NCBI RefSeq assembly: GCF_006345805.1
Contig: NC_043010.1
Span: forward strand, 27,838,001-27,902,000
Source of the DNA: Octopus sinensis
Lineage: Eukaryota
Direction of reading: 5' to 3'
DNA: 64,000 bases
The translations under genes were made by a program, and so were the position numbers. Below the pieces are notes generated by a model. That model worked only from the letters and a program-made list of their open reading frames with translations, was not told where the DNA came from and ran no database searches. Position 1 is the stretch's first letter, and the number at the start of each line of letters is the position of its first letter. Shown here in pieces: positions 12,591 through 25,515 of this stretch.

Positions 12591-12951
12591 TTTTATGGTT
12601 ATAATCTCCACAATAAAATGCCTGTCTTCTCCTTTTATCATATTAGAAAGCCTTAACTGTTATAGTAAATTCTTAGAATATAAATAAATTTCTTCCGTTG
12701 TTCCGATATATTGGAAAAAAGATTTGGGGCGATTCCTTACGATCGTTTCGTAGTTCGTAGACCGTACCTCAAACGAGACGTACCTAATTTCCTTTCACAA
12801 CTGATGGCAAAGATTATTCAGTTACGATACAAAGCAGTCAACTCTGGCTGTAGACAGTGATCGTGTGATTTTTCACGCCAACGAAAGTTTAAGTAACATG
12901 AAGAGCTATGTCAACCTGTTACTTAATTAATCAATCAGAATATTATCTATA

Positions 12952-12987
<36 letters not shown>

Positions 12988-13000
12988 TGTATGTATGTAT

Positions 13001-13524
13001 GGTAATTGGGAGAGGGAGGCACAAGACCGTGATGGATGGAGGAAGATAGTGCATGATGGTTGTTCAAGGTTTGAGAGGAAGTGAGTGAAGTATGAGAGAA
13101 TTAGGAGGGGGCTTCGAAGGAGGGAACCTGTGGAGAGTGAGTGTTGCTTTTGTGTGTGTGCGGTTTGTGGGCGGAGGTGTTTGAGTCGTGCAGGCCTGGT
13201 AAGCCATCAAAATTCTCTTAGAAATCGACCCAGGATAAACAATGGTGTGGCTATCAAAATTCATAACAGAACGTGTGTAAAATGTGGAAGGGTGTGCCTC
13301 TCAGTTGGAGGTCTAAAAAGACATGTTAAAAGAGTGCATATGATGACACCTGTTTCTCCTGCCAGACAGCACAGTTGTTCAGTATGTAATAAAATGTGTA
13401 AAAGCTTGGCCGGGCTTAAAAGTCATATAAGGGCATCACATGGCAACAATCATGAATCATTTCAGTAAGTCTTCTTGGCAACGGCTTTTCTCGTGTAACG
13501 AGGATGCAGCTGTGATGTATGTAT
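13001..13524 (+). pseudogene. RTE LINE 3' fragment with three C2H2-like zinc knuckles
   Basis: WEREAQDRDGWRKIVHDGC, CAVCGRRCLSRAGLVSH, CVKCGRVCLSVGGLKRHVKRVH, CSVCNKMCKSLAGLKSHIRASH. The 3' end ctcgtgtaacgaggatgcagc plus (TGTA) parallels the element at 51008. Confidence 0.85.
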
Positions 13525-13531
13525 AATATTT

Positions 13532-14160
13532 GTCGGGTCACTTGTGAGGGATCTCAAGAGTGCTACTGATAACATGCAACCTAGTACATCCTGTGGTATG
13601 GTTGGGTCGTCGACGACTAAACTGATACCCCCAGTAGGCTTTCCTGGTGAGGATTGCTACAAACCCAGCAGGGTTAAAAAGGAGACCTGTGAAAATGACT
13701 TTGTACCGATAGTACGGGACCTCAGAAAACCACGGTTGGTGTGCGGTATACTGGAAGAACCCCCATCCCTTTTGTTAAAACATGTCTCTAGAAGAAGGTC
13801 ACTCTGATATAAAACTAAATAAGCAAGGAATGGCATTCAACATTTTGGAAATCTTTTGCTCGCGTTTCTGACCATGGCGCTCCCACATCCCTGAGCTTTC
13901 GACACTTTTTGGGACTGGTTACCTTGCGCTGGATTGTCTCTGGATCATGTCAGTAGGATGGAGAGGATCTGCGAGGTGTTGCATAAGATTTAATAGATCT
14001 AAAATTTTGGGATGTGCAGTCCCCGGTCGAGTAGGAGGGAAAACATGGAAGCCGCAGATACGAATCCGGGTGAAAACGACAGCTAGTGCGGACTCTTATG
14101 CATCTGTGCATAAGGGTCTGTGATGGTCTACTTCGGTGACGAAAGTGCAGGCACAGTCGG
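13532..14160 (+). mobile_element. RTE 5'-UTR-like sequence
   Basis: gggtcactt...gagtgctactgataacatgcaacctagtacatcctg...gggtcgtcgacgactaaac aligns by eye with 53923-54002. Similarity further along is patchy. Confidence 0.6.
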
Positions 14161-14375
14161 TCAACACACACACACACGCACGGGCGCACACACACATACA
14201 TATGTATACACACAACACATACATATTTGTACATATACATACGCATATACATACATATAGACATATATATATGTACATATATACGTACATATATATGTAT
14301 GTATGTATGTATCTGTGTGTATGTGTGTATGTATGCAGACGATATATATTAATGTACATATACGTATACATTATA

Positions 14376-14444
<69 letters not shown>

Positions 14445-14618
14445 AGCTACATACATATATCCATATACATGCATATATATAAATTCATAGATACACACAC
14501 ACACACACACAGGTGTGTTCGTGACATTAACATTATCAGTATTGAAATCATCAATCATACTAACGTATCGTGATGGTGCTGAGAGGAAGATTTTCTGAGA
14601 CTCTCTGCGAAGCCGACC

Positions 14619-14632
14619 GTTTCTATGGCAAC
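14619..14632. promoter_or_regulatory. Candidate RFX X-box (GTTTCTATGGCAAC)
   Basis: Matches the RTHNYYWTRRNRAC X-box consensus, in non-repetitive CpG-containing sequence. Function unproven. Confidence 0.3.
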
Positions 14633-14750
14633 GCACTGCTTTGCGACGCAAAAAGATGACAATGATTCTTGGTGTCTTGCAACAGATTGACATTGATGGA
14701 AACAACATCTGCGTAAGAGTACCTGTGCGTGCGTACGTGCGTGTGAGTGC

Positions 14751-14789
<39 letters not shown>

Positions 14790-15294
14790 GTGTGTGTGTG
14801 TGTGTGTGTGTGCGCGTGCGAATGAGTTACTGCTCTCTCTTCCTCTCTTTCCCTCTCTCCATTTCTCTCTCTCTCTCTCCCTCCCGCCGTGTCAACGAAC
14901 CCTCGTTCCTGGCTTATTAATTATGACGTACTGTCACACCTGGCCACTTCCTTATGTCGCTCGAACAATACCTGTTTGATAAGTGCCTCAGTCGTTCCAC
15001 AGCACTCTCTGTGTGCTTTATGACAATGGGGTTACCATAGTTATTGTTCCTTCTCTCCCTACTTCCCCTCCCCTCTCTCTCTCACACACACGCATACACA
15101 CAGATTCACTATACCAACTGCTCACAGACGTTTTAACTAATGTCTTTTACAGCCTTCCTGATGGATCTGTAAGAAATAACCTCGTGCCTGGCATTCAGAG
15201 TAAAACATTGAAAATCTCCCGCGAATGAAACTCCACAAACGTCGTCTTAATTGACGTTGGCTGTTGTTGCAAGAAATATATTCACTGTGATAAT

Positions 15295-15690
15295 CTTTTC
15301 TACTCTAGGCACAAGACCCGAAATTTTGGGAGAGGGGACTAGTCGATTAGATCGACCCCAGTACGCAACTGGTACTTAACTTATCGATCCCGAAAGGATA
15401 AAAGGTAAAGTCGACCTCGACGAAATTTGAATCACAACTTAAAGACAGACGAAATACCTATTTCTTTACTACCCACAAGGGGCTAAACTCAGAGAGGACA
15501 AACAAGGAGAGACAAACGGATTAAGTCGATTATATCGACCCCAGTGCGTAACTGGTACTTATTTAATCGACCCCGAAAGGATGAAAGGCAAAGTCAACCT
15601 CGGCGGAATTTGAACTCAGAACGTAAAGACAGACGAAATACTGCTAAATATTTCGCCCGGCGTGCTAACGTTTCTGCCAGCTCGCCGCTT
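15295..15690 (-). mobile_element. SINE family C with two tandem modules
   Basis: Same head and modules as 10447-11033. Confidence 0.85.
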
Positions 15691-15712
15691 TATATTCACT
15701 GTGATAGTGTAT

Positions 15713-15945
15713 TGGAGAGGCGCGTGGCTTAGTGATTAGGGCGTTGGACTCATGATCGTAAGATTGTGGTTTCGATTCCTGGACCGAGCGATGCTTTGCA
15801 TTCTTGAGCAAAACACTTCATTTTACGTTGCTCCAGTTCACTCAGCTGGCAAACATGAGTAATCCTGTGACGGACCGGCGTCCCGTCCATTGTGGCAATA
15901 TATACACCATGGAAGCTGGGAAACTGGCCCTCATGATTCCAAACG
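15713..15945 (+). mobile_element. tRNA-derived SINE (head type 2, short tail)
   Basis: ggcgcgtggcttagtgattagg...ggtttcgattcct...gttgctccagttcactcagctggc. Confidence 0.85.
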
Positions 15946-15979
15946 GCTCCGGAAGAAACTTTGCTACTCTTTCTAATAT

Positions 15980-16198
15980 AATCCTTTCCACCGGAAGCGT
16001 AAGGTCACAAATTTTAGGGGAAGAGATTAAGTCGATTACATCGACCCCAGTGCGTAACTGGTACTAATTTTATCGACTCCGAAAGGATGAAAGGCAAAGT
16101 TGACCTCGCTGGAATTTGAACTCAGAACGTAACGGCGGACTGAATACAGCAAAGCATTTCCGCCGGCGTGCTAGCGACTCTTGCCAGCTCACCGCCTT
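15980..16198 (-). mobile_element. SINE family C, single module
   Basis: Same motifs as 10447-11033. Confidence 0.8.
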
Positions 16199-16222
16199 AA
16201 ACTACACTTTCTAATGTAATAA

Positions 16223-16530
16223 AAATATGTTCGCTGCCAGAGATAAATATGTTCAGTCAGCAACAATTGTGTTCACTACCAGCGATAAACAGGTTTACTA
16301 ACAGATATAAATGATAAACGTGTTCGTCGCCAGAGATAAACATGCTCCCGATAGAGACAAACACGTTCACTGAAAGGTGTAAACATGTCCACTGTCAGAG
16401 ATAAACATTCCACTGCCAGATATAAACACGTTCACAGACAGAGGTAATCACATTCAATGTCAGGGTAGACATGTTCACTGCCACAGATAAACATGTTCGT
16501 TTACAGTCATAATCATGTTCACTACCTCTA
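16223..16530. repeat. Degenerate ~22-bp minisatellite (AAACATGTTCACTGCCAGAGAT), about 13 units
   Basis: Recurring aaacatgttcact/gccagagat at 21-22-bp spacing. Confidence 0.85.
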
Positions 16531-16599
16531 CTGATGATATTAACCTGTTGCTTCAGTAAATATGCCTAGTACGAATATTGGCAGCCGAGTTTATGGGAA

Positions 16600-16998
16600 A
16601 ACTGATAGAATTAATATTGTTGTTATTGCTGCTTTTGCTGTTGAGCGTAGCGGTCTTCGTCCAGTGGGAGAAGTCCGAAACGTGGTCCTTTGTTATTCGT
16701 AAGACCCGCAGAAGAGAAAGCAGGTCAACCCCCGACAACGAGAGCATCGACGGATGGATGAGTGCGCATCCAGGCTCAGCGGTCGTGTAGGAAGTCGGGG
16801 ACAAGAAACAGGAAGAAAGAGTGAGAGAAAGTTGGGGCGAAAGAGTACAACAGGGTTCACTACCAGCTCCTGCCAGAGCCTCATGGAGCCTTAGGTGTTT
16901 TCGCTCAATAAACACACACAACGCCCGGTCTGGGTATCGAAACCGCGATCCTCCGACCGCGAGTCCGCTGCCCTAACCACTGGGCCATTGCGCCTCCA
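16600..16998 (-). mobile_element. tRNA-derived SINE (head type 1, alternative long tail ending in (CAA)-like repeats)
   Basis: Head nearly identical to 2837. Diverges after cctgtttcttg into a different tail. Confidence 0.8.
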
Positions 16999-17324
16999 CT
17001 TGCTGCTGCTGCTGCCACTGCTGCTAGTGTTTATCCCAGATCAACCCTGATCAAGTAAATCCATAATCAAAGTGTTCGTACCGTTATCATTCCATCTATA
17101 GCAATCTTATGCAAACGACAGTTTAGTTATCACATGTGTTACTACTTTAACCAATCAGAAAGTTGGACCAATGAGAGACAACTTTGCCGGTGGGAAATTT
17201 TCCTGTTATTTTGTTTTAAAAAAAGCACTCGACATTTTTGCTTTCTTGAAACAGAAGAGTAAGTTGTATTATTCTATACTTTCTTTTTATTCCTCCCACC
17301 TCTCTCTCTCTCTCTCTCTCTTTC

Positions 17325-17391
<67 letters not shown>

Positions 17392-17524
17392 GTCTGTCTA
17401 TCTATCTATCTGTCTATCTATCTATCTGTCTGCCTGTCTGTCTATCTATCTATCTGTCTGTCTGTCTGTCCGTACGTCTGTCTGTCTGTCTGTCCGTCCG
17501 TCCATCCGTCTGCTTGTCTCTTTG

Positions 17525-17595
<71 letters not shown>

Positions 17596-17990
17596 GTTCT
17601 CCTTTCGTTCCGGTCTAACGACCCACCATGTCTTTTTTCGTCCGGTCTCCTTGTATGTCGCCACAGTTTTTTTGTTTCCAGCTTTGACCCGCCATAAATC
17701 CTAAATTTTATTTTAGAATTTATGGGAGCTACTGTCTTTGAAGACTCATATAGTCGTCCGAATGCTCGAAATGAGGAGTAGATAGACAGCGACAACTGAT
17801 GAAGGGTCTTTTTTCTGTGTTAACTTGTCCTTTTTTCCATTTATTCTCGTCGTTTACGCGTTTCACTCGTTTTTCCCTCGTTTGTTTACGTATTTGTCGC
17901 TTTTATCCTGTAATTACTATCCACCTCTTGTATCTATCTCTCGTGTTATGTTATTTGCACCGTTGGTGACGTCCTGTACCAATATATATA

Positions 17991-18038
<48 letters not shown>

Positions 18039-18666
18039 ATATATATATATATTGTATTATATTATATTATATTATATTATATTATATTTCTTCCTCTTAA
18101 TTAGAAACGTGCCTTGAATATAGCCTCGACAGAATAGAAACGGTTATCTTAAATCACATGCTATTCTATCAGAATCAGAAATCCTTCGTCAACTGTTATT
18201 TCCACTATCTTAAAAACACGTGCGTTATCTTGTTCTTTCTGCTGCTTCCAGTTATTCGTTTGTAATCAGTTTTACTTTAGAAAGGCTGACATATATGTCT
18301 ATGCATATTTTATAACATTTTGCACAATATATTATTTGTCTGAGTCTGTAAAACACGAAAACATGAAAATCGTATCTACATACATTTTCACAAACACGTC
18401 TATGAATCAATTTTTCTTTAATTAATTTAATTAATTTAATTAATTTTGTAATTAAAGAGCTATTATATTCTTATCGAGCTCTCTCTTTCTTCGAACCTGC
18501 ATTCAATAAATACGTGCTATTGTATTATTTTTACCATCAAGATCTGAAGAGGTCTATTTTCAATTCATGTCTTCGCAACAAAAGAAAAATAAATAACTAT
18601 CACTATTGCTCCTGTTATGACTACGAACAATCTTTTAAAATGTTTTTATATACATATTTTCTTCAG

Positions 18667-19073
18667 ACAAGATGTTGCTTGGACTGTGGTGGTGAATTTC
18701 TATAGCCCGGTGTGCCGATATTTCAAAATACCATATATTAAAATCATATTATTGGAATATTACATGTACACATGTATTTTAGTTTTGGTGCATACTTATA
18801 AATAAGTATATTCATAGCATAATACTGTAAGGAGATCGTTTTTATTTTCCCAAGTCCATCACACCTCACCCAAAACTTCTAAAAATGTCATAGGTTTACC
18901 ATCATTATTCTGGGACCACGTTATGCAATATATGCTTCTTTTGTATTTTTTTTTTTTTTTAGAGAATACAATGTGGTGTAATGGAAATATGGCTGCTACT
19001 TCCAACAGATCAAATCAAACAACGATGTCGGATGTTAGTGACATTGGTGGCAGTGATGATGATATTGGCAACG
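18667..19073 (+). CDS. Candidate host exons 18667-18691 and 18963-19073 (possible CC...CN cysteine motif)
   Basis: ttttcttcag|25 nt|gtgaat, then a long T-tract ag|111 nt|gtaaga. Spliced reading gives TRCCLDCGENTMWCNG. No homology established. Confidence 0.3.
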
Positions 19074-19228
19074 GTAAGAGCGAAAACGAGGGCGGGGTAG
19101 GATCGGTGTTGCTGGCCGAACAGAACTATGATCAAAGGCATTCCAACTGTGACCATCCTGTCTATTTTTCTGTGCAGGAAACTCAGGAACACATTACCCA
19201 AAGCATCCTTTATACTAAGATGCTAAAA

Positions 19229-19836
19229 CAGTGATTCTCAATGAAGGTCTGTATGACATTTGGGGGTCTGATTCTCAATCGAGGTTCATATAACCTTTTG
19301 GGGTCTATATGACATTTGGGGGTGGGGGCCACATAAGATTTCGTTGTTAGAATTTATGTGCAATAAATTGGTTACGGTTCTATGATGAACCAAATATTTT
19401 AACAATTGTTTTTATACAATTCCTAGTAATATTAATACCTAGTAATAGGAGCGCCCCAGCTGATACAATCAACGGAACAGCTTGCTCGTGAGATTAACGT
19501 GCAAGTGGCTGAGCATTCCACGGATACGCATACCCCTTTACATATTTCTCAGAGAGATTCAGCGTGACACAGAGTGTGACAAAGCTGGTCCCTTGAAATA
19601 CAGGTACTACTCATTTTTGCCAGCTGAGTGGACTGGAGCAACATGAAATAAAGTGTTTTGCTCAAGGACACAACGTGCCGCCAGGAATCGGACATGCGAC
19701 CCTACGATCGCGAGTCGAATGCCCTAACCATATGATAGGGTTTTTAAAGCCTCCAATGGCTTCGTAGGGTCCGCCCGGGAAAAATAGGGTACAAAGGGGC
19801 CCAGAGGTAAGAAAAAAAAATGATTGAGAATCACTG
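19229..19836. mobile_element. hAT-type MITE with nested SINE
   Basis: TIRs cagtgattctcaa / ttgagaatcactg; flanks tgctaaaa and gtctaaag (partial 8-bp TSD). SINE on the minus strand at 19447-19730. Confidence 0.8.
19447..19730 (-). mobile_element. tRNA-derived SINE (head type 2-like, long tail)
   Basis: Reverse complement matches 38021-38340. Confidence 0.8.
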
Positions 19837-19969
19837 GTCTAAAGTATGAATGCTATTTGAGGGAGACCTGGCTGCTAGTTCTAGCTGATCGAACGTCAAC
19901 GCAGAGACTTCCTCTTTGCATGGCGATGTTGATAGTATCGGCGGCGGTTTCTGGAGAGCATGATAGCAA

Positions 19970-19986
19970 TGTTAGTAGTGGTGGTG

Positions 19987-20047
<61 letters not shown>

Positions 20048-21162
20048 CAACAGCAGAAGTAGTAGTGGTGGTGATAGTGGTAGTGGTTTGGTGGTGGTAA
20101 TAGTTGTGGTGTTGGTGGTGGTAGTAGTAGTGGCAGTGATAGCGGTGGTGATGGTGGTGGTGGTGGTAATGGTGGTGGTGGCGGTAGTAGTAGTAGTGAC
20201 AGCTGTAATGGTCCTAGTTACGTAGTACCAGATGAAGGAGACGAAACAAAAAAAGTAAGGATTACAATAAAAGTGTTCAACAACGACTACAACAGCAACA
20301 CAACAACAACCACAATAACAACAACAACCTTGACACGACATTAAAGCTTTACACGTAAGAGATCTAAAGTATGTCACAACAACAACAACAACAGCAAGTG
20401 AATGGGTAAGGGCGGCGGTGGGGGGATGGCAGCTTAAATTTGTTTTGATTTTTTTTTCCCCTTTTTTAAATGTCCCTTCTCTGAAAAATAAAACAAAAGA
20501 TTAAAGCGCATACTACAATGTCAGCAAGAAGAAGACCAAGAACCAAACGCCGTCGCCGCCGCCGCCGCTGCCAGCACACCATCGGCGCCACCACAGCCAC
20601 CGGGAACAGCCCCAGAAGTAGTTACATATTGATTGGATCTAATGGTATGACTGGTATGCCTGGAATGTCAGGCTATCAATCACCAAAGTATTGGAAGAAT
20701 GTTAATACTCTTTAGTAGTAAAAGGGACCTAAGTAGGAGGGGGTGGCGTTGGCGGCGGTGGTGGCAGTGGTGGTGGTGGTGACAGTGGAGGTGGTGGTGG
20801 TGGTTTTGGTAGCGGTGGTGGTGGTGGTGGTGATGGTGATGGTGGTAAGGGTGCTGCTGCTGGCGATGATGGTAGAGGTGGTGGTAAGGATGATGGAGAT
20901 GGCGGTGTTAAGAGTGGTGTTGATGGTAGTGGTGATGGTGGTGGTGATGGTGGTAGTGGTGGTGATAGTAGTGCTGGTATTGTTGGTGGTGTTGGTGGTG
21001 GTCGTGGTCGTGGTATTCACGGTGATAATGTTGGTATCGGAGCTAGTTGTTGGTGGTGAGAGCTGAAGTGGTTTTTGGGCGGTGGCGGTGGCAGTGTTTT
21101 AGCATTAGTAGGGGTTATAACACGGTTGCGATACTTGATGATGATGATGATAATGATTATGG

Positions 21163-21204
<42 letters not shown>

Positions 21205-21930
21205 GGTTGATGAGGTTGATGGTGATGATGTTAATTATGATGTTGATGACGATGATGACAGTTATGTTGAAGCGAGTAACGATGACGACAGCGATGACCG
21301 TGACGACAACGACGAGAAATGATGACGATGGTGGTGGTGGTGGTGGTGGCGATGGTGATGACGATTAGTTGCAGAGTGCTGACAGTTTGTAGTAGTAGTA
21401 GTAGTAGTAGTGCAGCAGCAGCAACAGCGGCAATGACAGTAACAGTAGCAACAGCAGGAACAGTGTTAGCAGCAGTAAGGTAAATATGCGGTGGGGCTAA
21501 CAGCAGCAGCAGCAGCCTGTATCAACAGATGCAGTAGCGGCCGGTAATTACGGAAGCTGAGAGCACTGGTGACGCCAGCAGTAATTGGTCGTAATGGCAG
21601 TGGTGGTGGTGAGGTGTGTGTGAGTGTGGTCGTGGCGGTTATGGTAGCAATTGTAGTGGCGGCGGTAGTGGTACTGGTGATAATGGTTATTAGTGGTGGT
21701 GGTGGTGGTGATGGCGGTCGAAGTCGTCGTCATCGTCGTTGTTATTGTTGCTTGAACGAAGGCCAGCTTATGACCAAAGGACGGTCCGATCGTGGCCACA
21801 GCGATTTCTTTCACAGACACAGCATATCATTTGAACTACATCATTTCAATAAGCCTTAATTCTTGTCATTACTACTGTTGCTGTTGCTGCTGCCGTGGCT
21901 GCTGCTGCTGCTGCTGCTGCTGCTATTCTT
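19970..21930. repeat. Cluster of trinucleotide repeats (GGT, AGT, CAA, GAT, GCT)
   Basis: Directly visible; explains the poly-V/T/D/M ORFs. Confidence 0.95.
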
Positions 21931-22044
21931 TAATTCTCAAATCAACACCTTAACTGAGCAGACATATATTTAAAAAAAAGCTTTCTCGCCATTTCTGTCA
22001 GATAAAACCGTATTCGCCATTTCATTATCATTATCAAATAATTA

Positions 22045-22470
22045 CTGTGTGGTAAGTAGTTTGCTTACTAGCCACATGGTTCCGGGTTCAGTCCCACTGC
22101 GTGGCACCTTGAACAAGTGTCTTCTACTACAGCCTCGGGTCGACCAAAGCCTTGTCAGTGGATTTGGTAGACGGAAACTGAAAGAAGCCCATCATATATA
22201 TACATATATATATGTATGTATACATACGTGTGTGTGTGTGTGTGTGTGTGTGTCTGTGTCTGCGTTTGTCCCCTCCCCCAACATCGCTTGACAACCGATG
22301 CTGGTGTGTTTACGTCCCTGTCACTTAGTGGTTCGGCAAGAGAGACCGATAGAATAAGTACTAGGCTTACAAAAAATAAGTCCTGGGGTCGATTTGCTCG
22401 ACTAAAGGCGGTGCTCTAGCATGGCCGCAGTCAAATGACTGAAACAAATAAAAGAAAAAAGTAAAAGAAA
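22045..22470 (+). mobile_element. SINE family B, near full length (tRNA head, CORE-like ccttgaacaagtgtctt, internal TA/GT microsatellite)
   Basis: tgtgtggtaagtagtttgc...ggttccgggttcagtcccactgcg...cagcatggccgcagtcaaatgactgaaac. At least a dozen related fragments in the window. Confidence 0.9.
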
Positions 22471-22519
22471 GACAATAAGAGCGGAGGATTTAATTGGAGG
22501 GAGATATGTCATTCGTTGC

Positions 22520-23320
22520 CGTGTGGTAAGAAGTTTTCTTCGCACCACATGGTTCCGGGTTCAGTCCCGCAGCATATCACCGTGGCCAAATGTTTTCCAC
22601 TGATAACCCTTGGCCGAGCGAAGCGCTCCGATTGGATTTCGTTGATTGAAACTGAAAGAAGCACGTCGTATCTTTAAACTTGTTCCAGTGGCCATACTGG
22701 AGCACCGCCTTGAAGAATCTTAGTCGGATGAATCAATCCCAGCACTTGTTTGTTGAAGCCTATTCTTTTGTTTCGTTTTCTTTGCTGAACCGCTAAGTTG
22801 CGGGGACGTAAACACACCAACACCGGTTGTCAAGTGGTGATGGGGGACAAATACAGACACAGAGACACACACACATATATATATACATATACGTCGGGCT
22901 TCTTTCAGTTTCCTTTTGTCAATCCATTCACAAGGCTTTGGTCGGCCCGAGGCTATAGTAGAAGACACTTGCCCAAGGTGCCACGCATGTGGTTGGAAAG
23001 CAAACGTCTTTGTGTGTGTGTGTGTGCGTGTGTGTGTGTGTGTGCGTGTGTGTGTGTGTGTGTGTGCGTGCGTGCGCGTTCGTCTTTGTCCACCACCACT
23101 GCTTGACCACCACCACCGCTTGACCACCGGTGTTAGTCTGTTTACGTCACCATAACTTAGCAGTCCAGTAAAAGAAGATTGAGAGAATAAGTACCAAATT
23201 AAAAAAAAAAGGTTTGGGGTTGTCCTGTTAAGCTAAACCCTTCAAGGCGGTGCCTCAGCATGGCAACAACCCAATGGCTGAGACAAGCAGAATAAATAAA
23301 TAATAAAAGAATAAAGATGG
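22520..23320. mobile_element. Cluster of diverged family B SINE fragments in both orientations
   Basis: Plus-strand head 22520-22680, minus-strand copy 22680-22995, plus-strand 3' half 23085-23320. Confidence 0.7.
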
Positions 23321-23670
23321 TTTTTCTCGCGCCGCTGATATGCTTGGCTGAATATCCTGTCTGCCAACAATGGCTGAATGACCATATGAAACTCGAGGGA
23401 AATGGTTCAAAAGAGCAAAAAAGCATACAAAATGTTCATGTGGTAGAGTGTCTCTGAGCTTGTTGGGTAAATATGACGTGATAAACGTCAAGGAAGAGGG
23501 AGATTATTTGTGTACTTCTCTCTACGGCAGTTTGGAAAAAAAAATGTGCAACAAGCAAGGGAGGTTACTCTAATCAAAACGTGCGTGTGTGAAGTGTGTA
23601 TTGAGGTATACATATGCCGTTGCGTATATCGCTTCCATCCTCACTCTGTCCGCCTGTTTCTCTTTCTCTT

Positions 23671-23705
<35 letters not shown>

Positions 23706-23933
23706 CCTCTTTCTCTCTCCCCGTCTCTCTCTTTATATATGTGTGTATGTGTGTGTATGTATGTACTTATGTATGTATGTATGTATGTATGTATGTATGT
23801 ATGTATGTATGTATGTATGTATGCATGTATGTATGTATGTTGTGTATATGAATGTATGAATATGTGAACGTGTTATATATGTGTGTGTATATATACATGT
23901 ATGCTTATGTGTATATATATATGTATGTATGTA

Positions 23934-25437
23934 TGGAGAAATTCGTTAGACGCAGGTTATATACCGAAACAGTTTCTATCCCAGTCGGTCATCCCGGTTT
24001 CAAACAGGGAAACAGATCCCTCGCAGTCAACTATCGCCAATCTCTCACTCACCTCCCACATCTCATTAAAGTGTTTGAAAGAGTGTTAAGATCAAGGATA
24101 GCTGACTTCCTGGAGACCCACAAACTCCTAAATGCAAATCAGCATGGCTTTCGCTGTGGCAGGGACTGTCTAACACAGCTCTTACACCACATTGAAGATG
24201 TACTCAAAGCCTTGGGAACAGGTTCGAACTCTGACGTTATATATCTTGACTTCAGTAAAGCGTTCGACTGGGTAGACCATAATATCCTACTCTCAAAATT
24301 GGCAAATGTTGGAATCCGTGGAAAAGTTCTACACTGGATTAAGTATTTCCTAGCGAATAGAAACATGTTGTAGTTGATGGAGTCCACTCAAGCCCAGCAA
24401 AAGTCACCAGCGGTGTTCCACAGGGGACTGTTTTGGGTCCACTACTCTTCATAATTTATATAAACGACCTTTCCAGTGTCGTACACTACTGCAAAGTGAA
24501 AATATTTGCTGATGACACTAAGCTCCAGCAAATCGTCAATGAAGAAGCAGACCGAACTCAACTCCAGTCTGATCTATATGCTGTGAGTCAATGGGCAGAC
24601 AGAAACAAAATGCAACTGAATGAGGGAAAATTAGAGCTGATGCATTTTGGAAGAAATTCCTCACTAAAACAACTATACTCTCTTTCTTCAGGGGAACCGC
24701 TCACAGCCTCTAACAATATCAGAGACCTGGGTGTAATTGTTGATGACGATCTCAGTTGGAGTGTACACATCAACAAGAAGGTCGATCTAGCTCGTAGGAT
24801 GAGTTCCTGGATCTTAAGAACTTTCCGGTCCAGAGAACAAGGTGTCATCATACCACTTTTCTCCTCCTTTGTACGGTCACACCTTGAATACTGCTGCCCA
24901 CTGTGGTCTCCCCATACAAGACAAAACATCTCCAGGATTGAGTCACCCCAGAGGGCACTCACTAAACGAATTGAAGGCATGGCTGCTCTCGATTATTGGG
25001 ATCGCCTTAAAGCCTTGAAACTTTACTCCCTCCAGCGGTACATCATTTGTACAATGTGGAGAATATACCGCCAACTTTGCCCAAACGACCTGAACATTAG
25101 CTTCAAGGTTCATCCAAGACTGGGACCACGGGCCATACGTCCTCTACCCAATTCAAGATCACAACATACATGTACACTGCAACATAATTCTTTTCCTCAA
25201 CAGGCCCTGCCCTATTAACATTGTCCCGAGGGAGATCAAGAGGAAAAGGATCCCATCAACTTTAAACGGAGTCTGGATAGATTCCTTCAAAGAATACCAG
25301 ATAAGCCACCCATAATTGGATACAACTCACCCAACAAGAACTCACTACTTGAACAAAACTTGACTTAAACAGGTTCGAATAATCCTATCAGGTGGTGCTA
25401 TTAAGTTTGGTCGAAACATATCTAATTTATCTAAGTT
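23934..25437 (+). pseudogene. 5'-truncated CR1-clade LINE, RT domain with frameshifts
   Basis: NQHGFRCGRDCLTQLL, VIYLDFSKAFDWVDH, SGVPQGTVLGPLLFIIYIND, KIFADDTK, SFVRSHLEYCCPLWSP. Ends in (TA)n. Confidence 0.93.
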
Positions 25438-25462
25438 ATATATATATATATTATATATATAT

Positions 25463-25512
<50 letters not shown>

Positions 25513-25515
<3 letters not shown>

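Noticed and set aside
16578-16790. ORF with a signal-peptide-like MGKLIELILLLLLLLLSV
   Set aside because: It is the antisense reading of the (CAA)-type tail of the SINE at 16600-16998.
17735-17830. CTGATGA at 17796 and tgaagac...gtcgtccgaa as hammerheads
   Set aside because: No GAAA follows the first core, and the second lacks an intact core and stem I.
20518-20715. Arg-rich ORF and alternative frame QEEDQEPNAVAAAAAASTPSAPPQPP
   Set aside because: Driven by a (GCC)n repeat; no splice signals or recognisable homology.
19824-21859. Poly-S/V/T/D/M ORFs resembling mucins or acidic proteins
   Set aside because: Trinucleotide repeat cluster open in several frames on both strands, with no supported splice structure.
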